Assembly: GCA_963772835.1 (NCBI GenBank)
Contig: CAVYYZ010000002.1
Span: 448,001-512,000, forward strand
DNA length: 64,000 bases
Reading direction: 5' to 3'
DNA from: an uncultured delta proteobacterium
GTDB lineage: Bacteria; Desulfobacterota; Desulfuromonadia; Geobacterales; Pseudopelobacteraceae
Below are positions 62,310-64,000 of this stretch, piece by piece (within the stretch, counting starts at the first letter, position 1; the number at the start of each line of letters is the position of its first letter). The translations under genes were made by a program, and so were the position numbers. Under the pieces are notes generated by a model. It made no database searches, was not told the origin of the DNA, and worked only from the letters and a program-made list of their open reading frames with translations.

Positions 62310-64000
62310 TTACTCCACAGTGACACTCTTGGCCAGGTTCCTCGGCTGATCGACATCGGTACCCTTCAATACGGCAATGTGATACGCGAGCAGCTGCAGC
62401 GGCACCGACAGCAGCAGAGGTTCGAGATCTTCATCAAGGCTCGGTATTTCAATGGTTGTTTCCGCCCTGTCACGCACGTCTACATCGCCGGGGGAACAGA
62501 TGGCAACCACGCGGCCGCCACGGGCAATTATTTCCTCCATGTTGGAGAGTGTTTTTTCGTACGAGCTCCCTTTTGGCACCAGTACAACAACCGGCACATC
62601 CTCGTCAATCAGAGCAATCGGCCCGTGTTTCATTTCACCCGCCGGGTAACCTTCGGCATGAATGTAGGATATTTCCTTGAGCTTCAACGCCCCTTCGAGG
62701 GCGATCGGATAGTTTTTACCCCGGCCGAGGTACAGAAAATCACGGGCATTCATATATTTTTTTGCAATTACTTCGACTTCGTCGTTCAGTTTAAGAGACT
62801 CTACCAGCAACCCGGACACTTTTTTGAGAGATTCAATCATCCGCTTGCCATGGGCAACATCGATCGTGCAGTTGGCTCTTCCCAGACGTATCGTAAAGAG
62901 ATACAGGGCAATCAGTTGCGTCACAAATGCCTTGGTTGAAGCAACGCCGATCTCCGGGCCGGCATGGGTATAAATCACACCGGCGGATTCGCGCGCGATG
63001 GAGGAATCCACCACATTGCAAATAGCCATATTCATGGCGCCACGCGTTTTTGCTTCGCGCAGTGCCGCCAGAGTGTCGGCTGTTTCCCCTGACTGAGAGA
63101 TGACGATGGCCAGTGTGTTTTCATCAACGACCGGATTGCGATACCGGAACTCGGAGGCGAAATCGACTTCAACCGGAATCCGGCAGAGCCCCTCGATATA
63201 GAATTTACCCAGCAGAGCCGAGTGCCATGATGTGCCGCAGGCGATAATGACCACGCGCTTTATCGCCGCCAGCTGGCGATCGCTGAACGGCAGGGTATCG
63301 AGGTGCACATCCCCTTCTTCTTCAAGCAGCCGACCGGCGATGGTGTCGCGTACTGCGCGCGGCTGTTCATGGATCTCCTTCAGCATGAAATGCCGGTACC
63401 CCCCCTTTTCGGCCATCAAGGGCGACCAGTCGATATGGCGTGCTGTTTTATCCAGGGGGGCACCTGCAATAGTAGAAAAATGAGCCGCGCCGTCTCTGAA
63501 TACGACCAGTTCACCGTCCTCCATAAACACCATTTCACGGGTATTGGCTAAAATGGCAGGAACGTCGGACGCGACAAAAAATTCTCCCTCTCCGAGACCA
63601 ACCACCATCGGCGAGCCCTGCTTGGCTGCAATCAGAGATTCCGGATCCTTTACATTGAGGATACAGACGGCAAAAGCCCCGCGCAATTGAGCCAACGTCC
63701 GCCTGACCGCTTTTTCAAAATCTGCTTCGGTATGGAGTGTTTCTTCGATCAGGTGTGCAATGACTTCGCTGTCGGTTTCACTCTTGAACGTATGTCCGGC
63801 CTGTTTCAGTTGATTTTTCAGCTGCAGATGGTTCTCAATGATGCCGTTATGCACCAGAATAACCGGGCCGGCCTTGTGCGGGTGGGCGTTTATTTCAGAA
63901 GGCCTGCCATGCGTCGCCCAGCGGGTATGCCCAATACCGACCGTTCCGGCAAGCGGCTGCTCACGCAGCAGGTTTTCCAGATTGACCAGTTTCCCCTGGC
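62310..64000 (-). CDS. glmS: Glutamine--fructose-6-phosphate aminotransferase (5' end lies outside the window)
   Basis: [36 protein letters not shown]-terminal [11 protein letters not shown]. Confidence 0.97.
   Translation of the reverse strand, partial: QGKLVNLENLLREQPLAGTVGIGHTRWATHGRPSEINAHPHKAGPVILVHNGIIENHLQLKNQLKQAGHTFKSETDSEVIAHLIEETLHTEADFEKAVRRTLAQLRGAFAVCILNVKDPESLIAAKQGSPMVVGLGEGEFFVASDVPAILANTREMVFMEDGELVVFRDGAAHFSTIAGAPLDKTARHIDWSPLMAEKGGYRHFMLKEIHEQPRAVRDTIAGRLLEEEGDVHLDTLPFSDRQLAAIKRVVIIACGTSWHSALLGKFYIEGLCRIPVEVDFASEFRYRNPVVDENTLAIVISQSGETADTLAALREAKTRGAMNMAICNVVDSSIARESAGVIYTHAGPEIGVASTKAFVTQLIALYLFTIRLGRANCTIDVAHGKRMIESLKKVSGLLVESLKLNDEVEVIAKKYMNARDFLYLGRGKNYPIALEGALKLKEISYIHAEGYPAGEMKHGPIALIDEDVPVVVLVPKGSSYEKTLSNMEEIIARGGRVVAICSPGDVDVRDRAETTIEIPSLDEDLEPLLLSVPLQLLAYHIAVLKGTDVDQPRNLAKSVTVE

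Overview
A 64-kb chromosomal window from a Geobacteraceae-type deltaproteobacterium. The 16S carries the Geobacteraceae primer-site sequences AGGAAGCACCGGCTAACTCC and TACCCGCAACACCTAGT. In order, the window holds: two hybrid histidine kinases and a DsbC-like protein; a complete hdrCBA-mvhD-flx flavin-bifurcation operon interrupted by four intergenic palindromic repeat elements; housekeeping genes (ltaE, L,D-transpeptidase, hemB, OmpA, rnpB, nif3, tRNA-Ile2, efpL, queF, NAD-GDH); a B12/metal block (two divergent crotonases, cobO, mutase B12 subunit, sirtuin, Moco-RNA-controlled tupBC, nikMN, cobalamin-riboswitch-controlled cbiMNQO, hldD, meaB); mltD and mutL-miaA-hfq; rsmE/prmA; a full rRNA operon; a 10-gene minus-strand redox cluster; and a 5'-truncated glmS. 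The most notable signals are (1) a hidden GrdB/PrdB-family selenoprotein (in-frame UGA in a UxxC motif plus a SECIS-like hairpin 11 nt downstream) that the ORF track splits in two, lying in an ArsS/glycosyltransferase/flavin-disulfide reductase/QueG-like/Msr cluster; (2) a ~116-nt palindromic insertion inside the P4 loop of the cobalamin riboswitch; (3) a family of MITE/REPIN-like elements with covarying arms and an invertible conserved core. All family calls come from motif recognition by eye, not database searches. RNA boundaries are approximate.
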